The notes beneath the pieces were generated by a model that was given only the letters and a program-made list of their open reading frames with translations, was not told the DNA's origin and searched no databases. A DNA stretch of 64,000 nucleotides from a bacterium (GTDB taxonomy: Bacteria; JAHJDO01): positions 89,670 through 153,669 of the forward strand of contig JBDRTG010000027.1 in the NCBI GenBank assembly GCA_043824255.1, given 5' to 3'. Every line of letters begins with the position of its first letter. Within the stretch, counting starts at the first letter, position 1. Shown here piece by piece: positions 50,468 to 63,796 of this stretch. A program made the position numbers and the translations under genes.

Positions 50468-51778
50468 ATGCCATGGTTTTATGAAGAATCAAAAGAGATA
50501 GATTTAAGTAAAAAGCAGGAAGTAATGGAGAGAGTGGTGCAGGAAGCAAGTGAGCGGATAATAAAGGATTTCAAAAAGGTGCTTTTATTACCGCCGGATA
50601 TTACCCGTTATCATTCAGGTGCAGGACAATTAACAGAGATGATTTACAAGCTTCTTCCCAGGACTTGCAAGGTTGATGTTATACCCACATTGGGGCAGCA
50701 TGTTCCTCATACTGCTGAAGAAAACAAATGGATGTTTGGCTCTATCCCTCAGAATTGTTTTCTTAAGCATGATTGGCGAAAGGGTTGTGAACCCCTTGGA
50801 GAGATTTCTCGGGATTATGTAAAGGAGGTCAGCAAAGGTAAAGCTGATTGGCCGATACCTGTTGAGATTAACAGAGCAGTTGTAGATAACAGTTATGACT
50901 TAATAGTAAATATAGGGCATGTTGTTCCTCATGAAGTACTGGGTTTTGCCAATCACAACAAGAATTATTTTATCGGTCTTGGCGGAAAAGAAATGATATG
51001 CGCTTCCCATATGATGGCAGCCTGCTGTGGTATTGAAAATAATCTGGGACAGCTTATAACACCTTTGAGAGCATGTTATAATAAAGCAGAGAAAGAGTAT
51101 TTAAATAATCTTTCTCATGTATATATTCTAATCGTTATGGCAAGAAATCAATTGGGAAAACTTATTACCACTGGATTGTATATTGGAGATGATATTGAAA
51201 CATATTTAATGGCAGCCAGAAAAAGCAAAGAGCAGAACATTACTGTTTTTGATAAACCTGTTAAAAAGATTGTTGCAGTAATGCAGGCAGATGAGTTTAA
51301 AAGCACGTGGGTAGCTAATAAAGCAATATATCGCACACGTATGGCTATAGCAGATGGAGGAGAATTATTGATTATTGCTCCAGGACTTGAGCGTTTTGGA
51401 GAACAGCCAGAAGTTGATGAAATTATCCGCAAGTATGGATATGTTGGAACTCCAGCTGTTATGGAGCAATATAGAAAGAATGAAGATATGCAGGATCTAA
51501 GGCATGCCACTGCACACCTTATTCATGGATCATCTGAGGGTCGTTTCAGCATAACATACGCTCCCGGGAAATTGACAAAAGAGGAGATAGAAGGAGTTAA
51601 TTTTAAATATGCAGATATTAAAGAAACTTTAAGCAGATATAATCCCGAAAGGATGTCAGAAGGTTGGAATACCATGCCTGATGGAGAACAGGTCTATTTT
51701 ATCAGCTCTCCGTCAGCAGGTTTGTGGGCATATAGAGAAAAATTAGAAGCACGAAATTCAAAGTCCGAAACAAAATAA
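50468..51778 (+). CDS. LarA (lactate racemase) family nickel-pincer-dependent 2-hydroxyacid epimerase
   Basis: PPDITR, LGQH, VVPHEV.GF...K, SH, NKA: equivalents of LarA D72/R75, H108, H174, K184, H200, K298 as aligned by eye. Confidence 0.8.
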   Translation: MPWFYEESKEIDLSKKQEVMERVVQEASERIIKDFKKVLLLPPDITRYHSGAGQLTEMIYKLLPRTCKVDVIPTLGQHVPHTAEENKWMFGSIPQNCFLKHDWRKGCEPLGEISRDYVKEVSKGKADWPIPVEINRAVVDNSYDLIVNIGHVVPHEVLGFANHNKNYFIGLGGKEMICASHMMAACCGIENNLGQLITPLRACYNKAEKEYLNNLSHVYILIVMARNQLGKLITTGLYIGDDIETYLMAARKSKEQNITVFDKPVKKIVAVMQADEFKSTWVANKAIYRTRMAIADGGELLIIAPGLERFGEQPEVDEIIRKYGYVGTPAVMEQYRKNEDMQDLRHATAHLIHGSSEGRFSITYAPGKLTKEEIEGVNFKYADIKETLSRYNPERMSEGWNTMPDGEQVYFISSPSAGLWAYREKLEARNSKSETK

Positions 51779-51805
51779 AACAAACAGATAAAAGGAGATA
51801 AGCAG

Positions 51806-53221
51806 ATGCAGAAGGCGGACATTGGACTGATAGGACTTGCTGTGATGGGAGAGAATCTTGTTCTTAACATGGAAAGCAAGGGATTTACTGTAGCAGTTTT
51901 TAACAGAACTGTTGAGAAGGTTGATAGATTTATGGATGGCGGGGCAAAAGGGAAAAATATTATTGGTACTCACTCAATAGAAGAATTTGTTAACTCTCTA
52001 AATTCTCCGCGTAAGATTATGCTTATGGTTAAAGCCGGACAGGCTGTTGATGATTTTATAGAAAAACTTATACCTTATCTGGAAAAGGGAGATATTATTA
52101 TTGATGGAGGCAATTCTCATTTTCCGGACACTATACGCAGAACAAAGCATTTGGAATCTAAAGAACTTCTTTTTATAGGAACAGGTGTTTCAGGAGGAGA
52201 GGAGGGCGCTCTAAAGGGTCCCAGTATTATGCCTGGCGGTTCTCCTGCGGCATGGGAACATGTTAAGCCCATATTCCAGAGCATATCTGCAAAAGTAGCT
52301 GACGGATCGCCTTGTTGTGAATGGATAGGTTCAAATGGGGCAGGACATTTTGTAAAGATGGTGCATAACGGTATTGAATATGGAGATATGCAGCTTATAT
52401 GCGAGGCATATTTTTTGATGAAAAACGCTTTGGGAATAGAAGCTCCTGAGCAGCATAAGATCTTTGCAGAATGGAACAAAGGAGAATTAGATAGTTATTT
52501 GATTGAGATAACCCGAGATATATTATCGAAAACTGATCCTGATACAGGAAAACCTTTAGTGGAGATAATACTTGATACTGCAGGTCAGAAAGGTACTGGA
52601 AAGTGGACTTCTCAGGCTGCGTTGGATCTTGGTGTTCCAGCGCCAACAATTGCTGAAGCGGTATTTGCAAGATGCATTTCTGCTATAAAGCAGGAAAGAG
52701 TAAATGCATCTAAAGTGCTTAACGGTCCGTCAGGGAAGCATGAAGGAGACAAGGACGAATTTGTAACTGCCATAAAGGATGCGCTTTATGCGTCAAAGGT
52801 ATGTTCTTATGCTCAGGGATATGCCTTGATGATGACTGCTGCGAAGGAATATGGATGGAATCTAAACTTTGGAGAGATCGCATTAATGTGGCGCGGCGGA
52901 TGTATAATCAGAGCGCGGTTTCTAGGAGAGATAAAGAAGGTCTTTGATAAAACTCCTGATCTGCCGAATCTATTACTTGACTCCTATTTCAAGGAAATTG
53001 TTGAGAAGAATCAGGATAACTGGCGCAAGGTTGTTGCAACAGCAGTAGAGCTTGGCATACCAGTTCCTGCATTCAGTTCAGCGCTTGCATACTTTGACAG
53101 CTACAGAAGAGAAACCCTTTCTGCAAATCTCTTACAGGCCCAAAGGGATTATTTTGGTGCTCATACTTATAAGAGAATTGACAAAGAAGGTACATTCCAT
53201 ACGGATTGGCTGAATATATAA
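51806..53221 (+). CDS. gnd: 6-phosphogluconate dehydrogenase, decarboxylating
   Basis: [63 protein letters not shown]. Confidence 0.98.
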   Translation: MQKADIGLIGLAVMGENLVLNMESKGFTVAVFNRTVEKVDRFMDGGAKGKNIIGTHSIEEFVNSLNSPRKIMLMVKAGQAVDDFIEKLIPYLEKGDIIIDGGNSHFPDTIRRTKHLESKELLFIGTGVSGGEEGALKGPSIMPGGSPAAWEHVKPIFQSISAKVADGSPCCEWIGSNGAGHFVKMVHNGIEYGDMQLICEAYFLMKNALGIEAPEQHKIFAEWNKGELDSYLIEITRDILSKTDPDTGKPLVEIILDTAGQKGTGKWTSQAALDLGVPAPTIAEAVFARCISAIKQERVNASKVLNGPSGKHEGDKDEFVTAIKDALYASKVCSYAQGYALMMTAAKEYGWNLNFGEIALMWRGGCIIRARFLGEIKKVFDKTPDLPNLLLDSYFKEIVEKNQDNWRKVVATAVELGIPVPAFSSALAYFDSYRRETLSANLLQAQRDYFGAHTYKRIDKEGTFHTDWLNI

Positions 53222-53238
53222 GAGGATTTATAAGGAAA

Positions 53239-53790
53239 CTAGTTTCCTTTTTCTTTAAAAACCTGTGCGCTGAAGATACGAATTTCTGTGGTTTTATCTT
53301 TCCATGCATCTGAAGAAAGGCCTGCTTTATGACTGCAGAGAGAGGATAAGAATTCCTCTTTTGACCAGCCTGTTTCTTTGGCAACCTGTGGCAGGAATAC
53401 TCCTTGATTAAAACCTCTCTTTATTATTACTCCATGTTTGCCTAAATGGAATTCGTCAATATTTTCAATCCTTTTTGGATGAGTGAGAACAGAGATCTCT
53501 ATATCTATTTGCTCTAATTCATCCTCTCTGACAGCAGAAAATCTCGGGTCACCTGTTGCGGATTCAATTGCCATATTCCTGACTGTTTCCCAGAGAGGCG
53601 TTGTGCCAATAATATTCCCTATGCAGCCGCATAATTGACCTTTTTTGTGGAGGGTTACAAAGGATCCATATTCTTCATTTAATAGTCTATCATCAATTTT
53701 GAATGTTGGTGTTTTACCTGTTTTGATATAGGTTTCCATAGTTTCTCTGGCGACTTTTAACAGAATTTGTTTTTGCTCGCTATTTAACAT
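53239..53790 (-). CDS. amrA: AMMECR1-domain protein (AmmeMemoRadiSam system protein A)
   Basis: GSFVTL...L.GCIG, A..DPRF, IEISVLT, GVFLPQVA.E.GW, KAGL. Confidence 0.9.
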   Translation of the reverse strand: MLNSEQKQILLKVARETMETYIKTGKTPTFKIDDRLLNEEYGSFVTLHKKGQLCGCIGNIIGTTPLWETVRNMAIESATGDPRFSAVREDELEQIDIEISVLTHPKRIENIDEFHLGKHGVIIKRGFNQGVFLPQVAKETGWSKEEFLSSLCSHKAGLSSDAWKDKTTEIRIFSAQVFKEKGN

Positions 53791-53879
53791 GACTTATAAA
53801 ATCCTATTTTGATTGACACACTGCTCACTCTTATGCTATTAATATAGCCTATTTATAGATTTTAAGAAAGGAGAACTTT

Positions 53880-53975
53880 ATGCCGTGCGGCAAGAAAAAA
53901 AAGAGAAGTAAAATAGCCACGCATAAGCGCAAGAAAAGATTGCGCAAAAATAGACACAAGAAGAAAATAAGATAA
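53880..53975 (+). CDS. Small basic ribosomal protein bS22 (AURKAIP1/COX24 domain)
   Basis: MPCGKKKKRSKIATHKRKKRLRKNRHKKKIR*, 31 aa, AAGGAG RBS; below the ORF-track cutoff. Confidence 0.88.
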   Translation: MPCGKKKKRSKIATHKRKKRLRKNRHKKKIR

Positions 53976-53999
53976 ATAATTATACATAGGGGTTGTCTT

Positions 54000-55277
54000 A
54001 TGTATCAGAACAATATATCAACTTTGAGGAAACTACAGGTAATAGCTGTAGTTATTACTACTATTATTTGTTGTCTCTCTATTGAGGCTTCAAGCGAGAA
54101 TGTCTCAGATAGTGTTATAGCTGACACAGGTCTTTATAGAGAGCTTAAATTATTTAGTGATGTGGTCACTGTTATACAGTCTTCTTATGTTAGAGAAGCC
54201 ACGCCGCAAGAGCTTATCTATGGCGCTATCAACGGAATGTTAACGGGGTTAGATTCATATAGTCAGTTTATGCCTCCAGACATTTACAAAGAAATGCAGG
54301 TAGAAACGAAAGGAGAGTTTGGTGGAGTAGGAATTGTCATTGGTATCAGAAGTGGCTTATTGATTATAATTTCTCCAATTGAAGATACACCTGGAGATCG
54401 GGCAGGACTTAAGTCAGGAGATGTGATTGCAGAGATAAATGGTAAATCAGCGAAAAACCTAACGCTCATGGAAGCAGTGAAAAAATTAAGGGGACCAAAA
54501 GGAACAAAGGTCTCAATAGAAATTGCAAGGGAGGGAGAAAAGGAACTTATTCACTTTGACATTGTACGTGAAGTAATAAAGATAAAAAACATAAAAAATG
54601 CCAGTGTATTGGGTGATAATATAGGATATGTGCGAATAGTACAGTTTAATCAGAAAGTAGCTCAGGAACTTGAGAAAGAAATTAGTTTTCTTTTAGAGAA
54701 GAAAATAGATGGATTGATTGTTGATGTAAGAAGCAACCCTGGTGGTTTATTGGGAGCTTGTGTCAAAGTAACAGATCTGTTCCTGCCAAAAGGGAAACTC
54801 ATCGTTTCTACAAAAGGGAGAAAGAAAAGACAGAATATAACGTTCGTCTCAAAAATTGGAGCTGTTTACCCTATGGATATGCCATTAGTTGTTCTTATAA
54901 ATGAAGGGAGTGCAAGCGCTTCCGAAATTTTTGCCGGCGCAATACAGGACTGGCACAGAGGTATTATACTGGGGACTAAATCATTTGGTAAAGGGTCTGT
55001 TCAAACAGTTATCCCTCTATCTGACGGATCTGGCATAAGATTGACAACCGCTAAGTATTATACTCCCAATGGACGTTGTATTGATGAAGTTGGACTTACA
55101 CCTGATGTTATTCTGGAGATGACAAAAGAAGAGCAAATCAAATTATATGAGATTAGAATTAAAGCTATTGAAAATAAAGATAAAGCAAAACACTCCATTC
55201 TAATCGGAGACAAACAACTTCAATCTGCCATTAGAATAATAAAAGCAGCCAGGGTCATAAGGCAAAGTTTGAAGTAG
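54000..55277 (+). CDS. ctpA: C-terminal processing protease (S41 family, PDZ)
   Basis: GEFGGVG, DVRSNPGGLL, SASASEI (catalytic Ser), FGKGSVQ (Lys), TTAKYYTPNG. Confidence 0.94.
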   Translation: MYQNNISTLRKLQVIAVVITTIICCLSIEASSENVSDSVIADTGLYRELKLFSDVVTVIQSSYVREATPQELIYGAINGMLTGLDSYSQFMPPDIYKEMQVETKGEFGGVGIVIGIRSGLLIIISPIEDTPGDRAGLKSGDVIAEINGKSAKNLTLMEAVKKLRGPKGTKVSIEIAREGEKELIHFDIVREVIKIKNIKNASVLGDNIGYVRIVQFNQKVAQELEKEISFLLEKKIDGLIVDVRSNPGGLLGACVKVTDLFLPKGKLIVSTKGRKKRQNITFVSKIGAVYPMDMPLVVLINEGSASASEIFAGAIQDWHRGIILGTKSFGKGSVQTVIPLSDGSGIRLTTAKYYTPNGRCIDEVGLTPDVILEMTKEEQIKLYEIRIKAIENKDKAKHSILIGDKQLQSAIRIIKAARVIRQSLK

Positions 55278-55332
55278 AAATAATTAAAGTTTTACGCTTT
55301 TTCTTGACCTATGCTAAAAATTGAAAGTTATT

Positions 55333-56091
55333 ATGCCTGATACATTTGCTATAACTATAGTTTCTATTATCGCATTTACAGTGGTTGCTGCTTTTATTAG
55401 AGGAAGAGTTAGAGATAAATGCCTGGGGGATTTTTCAGAGGACTTGGTAACTTTAGAAGAAACAAACGGCAAAATAATTTGGGGTAAACTGAGTGTTGAA
55501 AATACGGGGCTAGAACTAATTTATTCAACCAAGCACAAAGATAAAAGTGGACATGATGAGACGAGCTACATTCTATATAAACAGGAGTATCCTAATATCC
55601 AAACCTTAATTCGCTACCACGATGAATTAAATGAACATAGAAAGAAAAAAAGGGAGAAGGAATTAAAAAGAACCTATCATCCCACGGCCTTAAGAAGGCT
55701 TAAAAGAAGAATGCAAAATTTCTTCAAGACGGTAAGAGATTCGATGATGGAGGTAGTGAATCTGTTAATCGGTCAGGCCAAAAGAAATGCTCCTGCTGGG
55801 GCGATACTAACTTCTCAAGATAAATACGTCTCCCAGATAAAACAAGAATTGATGGGTTCTATGGGAACGTCTTTTGAGCCTTTATTAGAAAGACATATTG
55901 GCAAGAGAGTTGTGCTTGAGTTGAGCAAAGGTGATAAGCTATTTGAATACCCTGGAGTGTTAAAGGACTATACGGCGGAATTTATAGAAATCATGGACGT
56001 TGATTACAGAATAAAAGAAGACCAAACAGCCAGAAAGGCAGATCTTGCGATTCCAAGGAAATACGGTGTCATCCGACATCTCGGCGAATAG
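55333..56091 (+). CDS. Hypothetical membrane-anchored protein
   Basis: About 252 aa, N-terminal TM helix, in line between ctpA and tsaD. Confidence 0.7.
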   Translation: MPDTFAITIVSIIAFTVVAAFIRGRVRDKCLGDFSEDLVTLEETNGKIIWGKLSVENTGLELIYSTKHKDKSGHDETSYILYKQEYPNIQTLIRYHDELNEHRKKKREKELKRTYHPTALRRLKRRMQNFFKTVRDSMMEVVNLLIGQAKRNAPAGAILTSQDKYVSQIKQELMGSMGTSFEPLLERHIGKRVVLELSKGDKLFEYPGVLKDYTAEFIEIMDVDYRIKEDQTARKADLAIPRKYGVIRHLGE

Positions 56092-56138
56092 ACAATGACG
56101 TTACTTTTTCTCTGATAAAGTCTGAGGAGTCTCACAAA

Positions 56139-57140
56139 TTGTTAATTTTAGGAATAGAAACCTCTTGTGATGAAACTGCAGCGAGCGTTGTAGAAAATGG
56201 AAAGCATGTTAGATCTAATGTGGTCGGGACACAAATTGATATTCATAAAAAGTTTGGGGGAGTGGTTCCCGAGCTTGCTTCACGTGCGCACATTGAACTG
56301 ATTAGTCATGTAATTTGGGAAGCTTTGGATAAAGCAGATTGTAAGTTATCCGAAATTGGTACAGTAGCAGTTACCAACAGTCCCGGATTGGCAAATGCGC
56401 TTCTTGTAGGCACAGAGACAGCCAAAGCCCTGAGTTTTTCACTAAGTATCCCTCTTATAGCAGTCAACCACATACATGCACACTTATACGCTAATTTTAT
56501 GGAAGAACAGAGCAGTATTGTCTGCCCTGTTGTTGGTTTGGTTATATCTGGGGGGCATACAGCAGTATTTTATGTGGAGAAGAGTAATAATTATGTATTA
56601 CTCGGACAAACATACGATGATGCAGCAGGTGAGGCTCTGGATAAGGTTGCAAAAATGCTGAATTTAGGCTATCCGGGTGGACCAGTAATATCTAAAATGG
56701 CTGAAAAAGGCAGCTCTAAAGCTATAAACTTTCCAAGGGCGTTTCTTGGCAAGGATATTTATAACTTTAGTTTTAGTGGAATGAAAACAGCTGTAGCCAG
56801 GTACCTTGAATGTAATTCCTATAGGAATCTAGCAGATGTTAATGACATTTGCGCTGGATTTCAACAGTCTGTAATAGATGTTTTGATAAAGAAGATTGTT
56901 AATGCAGCAGAACAAAAAGATGTTAAGACAATTTTGATTGGTGGTGGAGTATCTGCTAATACAGAATTTCGGAAACAACTTTCTGAAATTTGTAAAGAAA
57001 AGGGTATGAATTTGTTTTACCCTTCATTAAAACTTTGCACAGACAATGCGGCAATGATAGCAGGACTTGCATATCATAGGTATAAAGAAGGGAAATTTGA
57101 GGATCTTTTGTTAGATATACATCCGCAGTTGCAAGTGTAA
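56139..57140 (+). CDS. tsaD: tRNA N6-threonylcarbamoyltransferase
   Basis: LGIETSCDET, GGVVPELASRAH, HIHAH, SGGHT, DDAAGEA.DK, FSFSG.KT, CTDNAAMI. Confidence 0.97.
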   Translation: MLILGIETSCDETAASVVENGKHVRSNVVGTQIDIHKKFGGVVPELASRAHIELISHVIWEALDKADCKLSEIGTVAVTNSPGLANALLVGTETAKALSFSLSIPLIAVNHIHAHLYANFMEEQSSIVCPVVGLVISGGHTAVFYVEKSNNYVLLGQTYDDAAGEALDKVAKMLNLGYPGGPVISKMAEKGSSKAINFPRAFLGKDIYNFSFSGMKTAVARYLECNSYRNLADVNDICAGFQQSVIDVLIKKIVNAAEQKDVKTILIGGGVSANTEFRKQLSEICKEKGMNLFYPSLKLCTDNAAMIAGLAYHRYKEGKFEDLLLDIHPQLQV

Positions 57141-57189
57141 ATAGTAGTTGATATACTAATAAGGCATTAATAATACAAGGGGATTTTTT

Positions 57190-58476
57190 ATGCACGATTT
57201 TTCGTATGTTGGGAAAAGTTTTTATTGTGAGAATGTAAATCTTGAGAAAATTGCTCAGAGATTCGGAACCCCCACTTATGTGTATAGCTATAAGACTCTG
57301 ACAGATCATTATCTCAAGCTTGATAGAGCTTTTGATTATATCCGTCACACAATATGCTATTCTATTAAGGCAAATTCAAATATAGCAATATGTAAACTGC
57401 TTGCTGATCAGGGATGTGGTGGAGATGTAGTTTCAGGAGGAGAATTGTATCGTGCTATAAAAGCAGGAGTTAAACCGGATAAAATAGTTTATGCAGGAGT
57501 TGGTAAGACGAGTGATGAAATAAAATTTGCTCTCTTATCCAATATATTGCTATTTAATTCAGAATCTCAAGCTGAACTTGCATTGATAAATAAAATAGCT
57601 GGAGAGCTTAATAAACGACCTAAAATTGGTTTGCGGATAAATCCTGATGTTGATGCTAAGACACATGCATATATAACAACAGGAAAGAAAGAAAATAAGT
57701 TTGGAATATCTTTGAATGAGGCCTTTAAGATATATAAGACAGCAAACAGATATAGAAATCTGGAGTTTAGAGGGATTCACATCCACATTGGGTCTCAAAT
57801 AACCTCGGTTCAACCTTATGTTGAAGCTATTAAAAAAACAGTAGATTTTATAAATAAGTTGAAATGTGAGGGAATAAAGATAGATTACTTTAATATAGGA
57901 GGAGGACTAGGAATAATTTATGACAAAGAAAGCCCTGCAAAAGCCAGTGAATTTGCAACTAGTTTAAAGCCATTGTTGAAAGAACTTAACTGTTCATTAA
58001 TTCTCGAACCTGGAAGATTTATAACAGGAAATGCAGGAATTTTATTAACAAAGGTGCTATTTGTTAAGAAATCGGTGAATAAGAAATTTATTATTGTTGA
58101 CGCAGCAATGAATGATTTAATAAGACCAAGTTTATATAATGCGTATCATAAGATACTGCCTTTACAGAAATCTAACAGAAAGAGACCTTCAAATATTGTT
58201 GATATAGTTGGGCCTGTGTGTGAATCAGGAGATTTTTTTGCAAAAGACAGGAAATTGCCTTTTGTTGAATCAAATGACGTATTAGCAATTTTGAGTGCTG
58301 GAGCTTATGGATTTAGCATGTCATCTAATTATAATTCAAGGCCAAGAGCAACAGAGGTGTTAGTAAAGAATAATCAATGTTACTTAATTAGAAAGCGGGA
58401 GACATACCCTGATTTAATAAGGAATGAAAAAATCCCTGAAGCACTAAAAAAATTGGAACGGAAAAATGAAAAATAA
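57190..58476 (+). CDS. lysA: Diaminopimelate decarboxylase
   Basis: GTPTYVY, YSIKANSN, SGGEL, HIGSQ, EPGR, GPVCESGD, GAYG.SMSSNYN.RP. Confidence 0.96.
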   Translation: MHDFSYVGKSFYCENVNLEKIAQRFGTPTYVYSYKTLTDHYLKLDRAFDYIRHTICYSIKANSNIAICKLLADQGCGGDVVSGGELYRAIKAGVKPDKIVYAGVGKTSDEIKFALLSNILLFNSESQAELALINKIAGELNKRPKIGLRINPDVDAKTHAYITTGKKENKFGISLNEAFKIYKTANRYRNLEFRGIHIHIGSQITSVQPYVEAIKKTVDFINKLKCEGIKIDYFNIGGGLGIIYDKESPAKASEFATSLKPLLKELNCSLILEPGRFITGNAGILLTKVLFVKKSVNKKFIIVDAAMNDLIRPSLYNAYHKILPLQKSNRKRPSNIVDIVGPVCESGDFFAKDRKLPFVESNDVLAILSAGAYGFSMSSNYNSRPRATEVLVKNNQCYLIRKRETYPDLIRNEKIPEALKKLERKNEK

Positions 58477-59683
58477 TAAGGCGCTGGAGGAAATAAAAAA
58501 GGGTGTAGCAGAGATCATATCGGAGGAGGAACTTAATAAAAAATTGGCTCTTAGAAGCCCTCTGAGAGTGAAATATGGGATAGATCCTACCACAGCAGAT
58601 ATTCACATAGGGCACATGGTTCCTGTTAAGAAAATGAGACAAATGCAAAATATGGGACACATTGGAGTAGTAATAATAGGGGATTATACTGCTCAAATTG
58701 GGGATCCTACAGGACTAGATCGTTCCAGGCCTTCTTTGTCAAAGGAACAAGTTAGAAAGAATGCAACTGAATATATGGATCAGTTATATACTGTGCTTGA
58801 TAAAAAAAGAACAGAAGTTCATTGGCAGAGTGAATGGTTTGAAAAGATGGGAATTATGAATTTAATAAAGCTTCTTGGTAAGTTTACGGTTGCACAGATA
58901 ATGGCGCATGAGACGTTCAGAATGCGATATGAAAAAGGACGGCCATTGTCCATGAATGAACTTTTGTATCCAATACTTCAGGCATACGATTCTGTTATGG
59001 TTAAGGCTGACATTGAATTAGGAGCTAGTGAACAAAAATTTAACATATTGTTAGGAAGAGAAATACAAAAAAAATATTCTCAGGAACCTCAAGTAGCTAT
59101 TTTATCGCCAATTCTTATAGGAACTGACGGGGTAAATAAAATGAGCAAAAGCCTTAATAATTATATTGCCATTTATGATACTCCAAAGGAAAAGTATGGA
59201 AAGATAATGTCCATAAAAGATGATTTGATAATGAATTATTTTAAATTAGCTACTGATATATCTGTTGCGAGGCTTGACGAAATTAAAAGTACGTTAGCTA
59301 ATAGTAAAAAGAATCCTATGGATGTTAAAAAGCATTTGGCAAGAGAAATAATGAAAACTTTTCATAATGAGAGTGAAATAAAAGAGGCTGAAGAATACTT
59401 CATGAAAGTGTGCAGCAGAAGGGAACGCCCTGAAGAGATAGAAGAATTACAGATTAACAGCAGCAAGATATGGATAGTTAAGTTACTAATTGATGCGAGG
59501 ATGGCTAAAACAAGTGGTGAGGCAAGAAGGCTTATAAGAGGTGGAGCTGTGTATATTGATGGCAATAAAGTTGTAGATGAAACTCTTGACATACAGATAA
59601 AAAAAGAGTTTCTCCTAAAGGTAGGAAAGAGAAAATTTGTAAAAATAAAATCAAATGTCCAAAATGGACTTGACAGGAATTAA
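58466..59683 (+). CDS. tyrS: Tyrosine--tRNA ligase
   Basis: GIDPT..DIHIGH, IGDYTA.IGDP.G, YPILQAYD, KMSKS, C-terminal S4 domain (KVGKRKF). Confidence 0.96.
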   Translation: MKNNKALEEIKKGVAEIISEEELNKKLALRSPLRVKYGIDPTTADIHIGHMVPVKKMRQMQNMGHIGVVIIGDYTAQIGDPTGLDRSRPSLSKEQVRKNATEYMDQLYTVLDKKRTEVHWQSEWFEKMGIMNLIKLLGKFTVAQIMAHETFRMRYEKGRPLSMNELLYPILQAYDSVMVKADIELGASEQKFNILLGREIQKKYSQEPQVAILSPILIGTDGVNKMSKSLNNYIAIYDTPKEKYGKIMSIKDDLIMNYFKLATDISVARLDEIKSTLANSKKNPMDVKKHLAREIMKTFHNESEIKEAEEYFMKVCSRRERPEEIEELQINSSKIWIVKLLIDARMAKTSGEARRLIRGGAVYIDGNKVVDETLDIQIKKEFLLKVGKRKFVKIKSNVQNGLDRN

Positions 59684-59697
59684 TTCTTTGTTATAAT
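59670..59697 (+). promoter_or_regulatory. rRNA operon promoter
   Basis: TTGACA (59670-75), 16 nt, TATAAT (59692-97) with TGn extension; overlaps the tyrS stop. Confidence 0.8.
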
Positions 59698-59722
59698 CCA
59701 ATCTCTTAAAGATTATATAAGA

Positions 59723-59734
59723 TGTTCTTTGACA
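59723..59734 (+). promoter_or_regulatory. boxA antitermination element (leader); second copy at about 61692-61703
   Basis: TGTTCTTTGACA, and TGTTCTTTGAAA in the ITS. Confidence 0.7.
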
Positions 59735-59767
59735 AGCGAACAGCGGTCTCTGTTTAATTTTTGATGT

Positions 59768-61323
<1,556 letters not shown>

Positions 61324-61396
61324 AAGGTTGTGTTAAAGAAAGGTGACAAAGACCGCTGAATTCGCTTAAAGAAATTAAATGTAGTTATAGGCAGTT

Positions 61397-61472
<76 letters not shown>

Positions 61473-61549
61473 CAAAAAGCGGCAGGAGCCGCTTGCTATT
61501 AGCTGATAACTACTAGCTTTTGGCTAACGGTGAAAGCGCAGCTTTTTTT

Positions 61550-61622
61550 GGGGGTGTAGCTCAGTTGGGAGAGCGCCACACTTGCACTGTGGATGTCGCA
61601 GGTTCGACTCCTGTCATCTCCA
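61550..61622 (+). tRNA. tRNA-Ala(TGC)
   Basis: GGGGGTG/CATCTCC with G3:U70, CCACA-CTTGCAC-TGTGG, TTCGACT; CCA not encoded. Confidence 0.95.
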
Positions 61623-61746
61623 CTAAAAATGAGCAAAGCTCATTTGCTTTTAGCTAGTAGCTGTCAGCTACTAATAAAAGCGAAGTTTTTTTGTTCTTTG
61701 AAAATTGAAACATAGAGAAAATGGCAAAGAAAAGTATTAAATTTAT

Positions 61747-63796
<2,050 letters not shown>

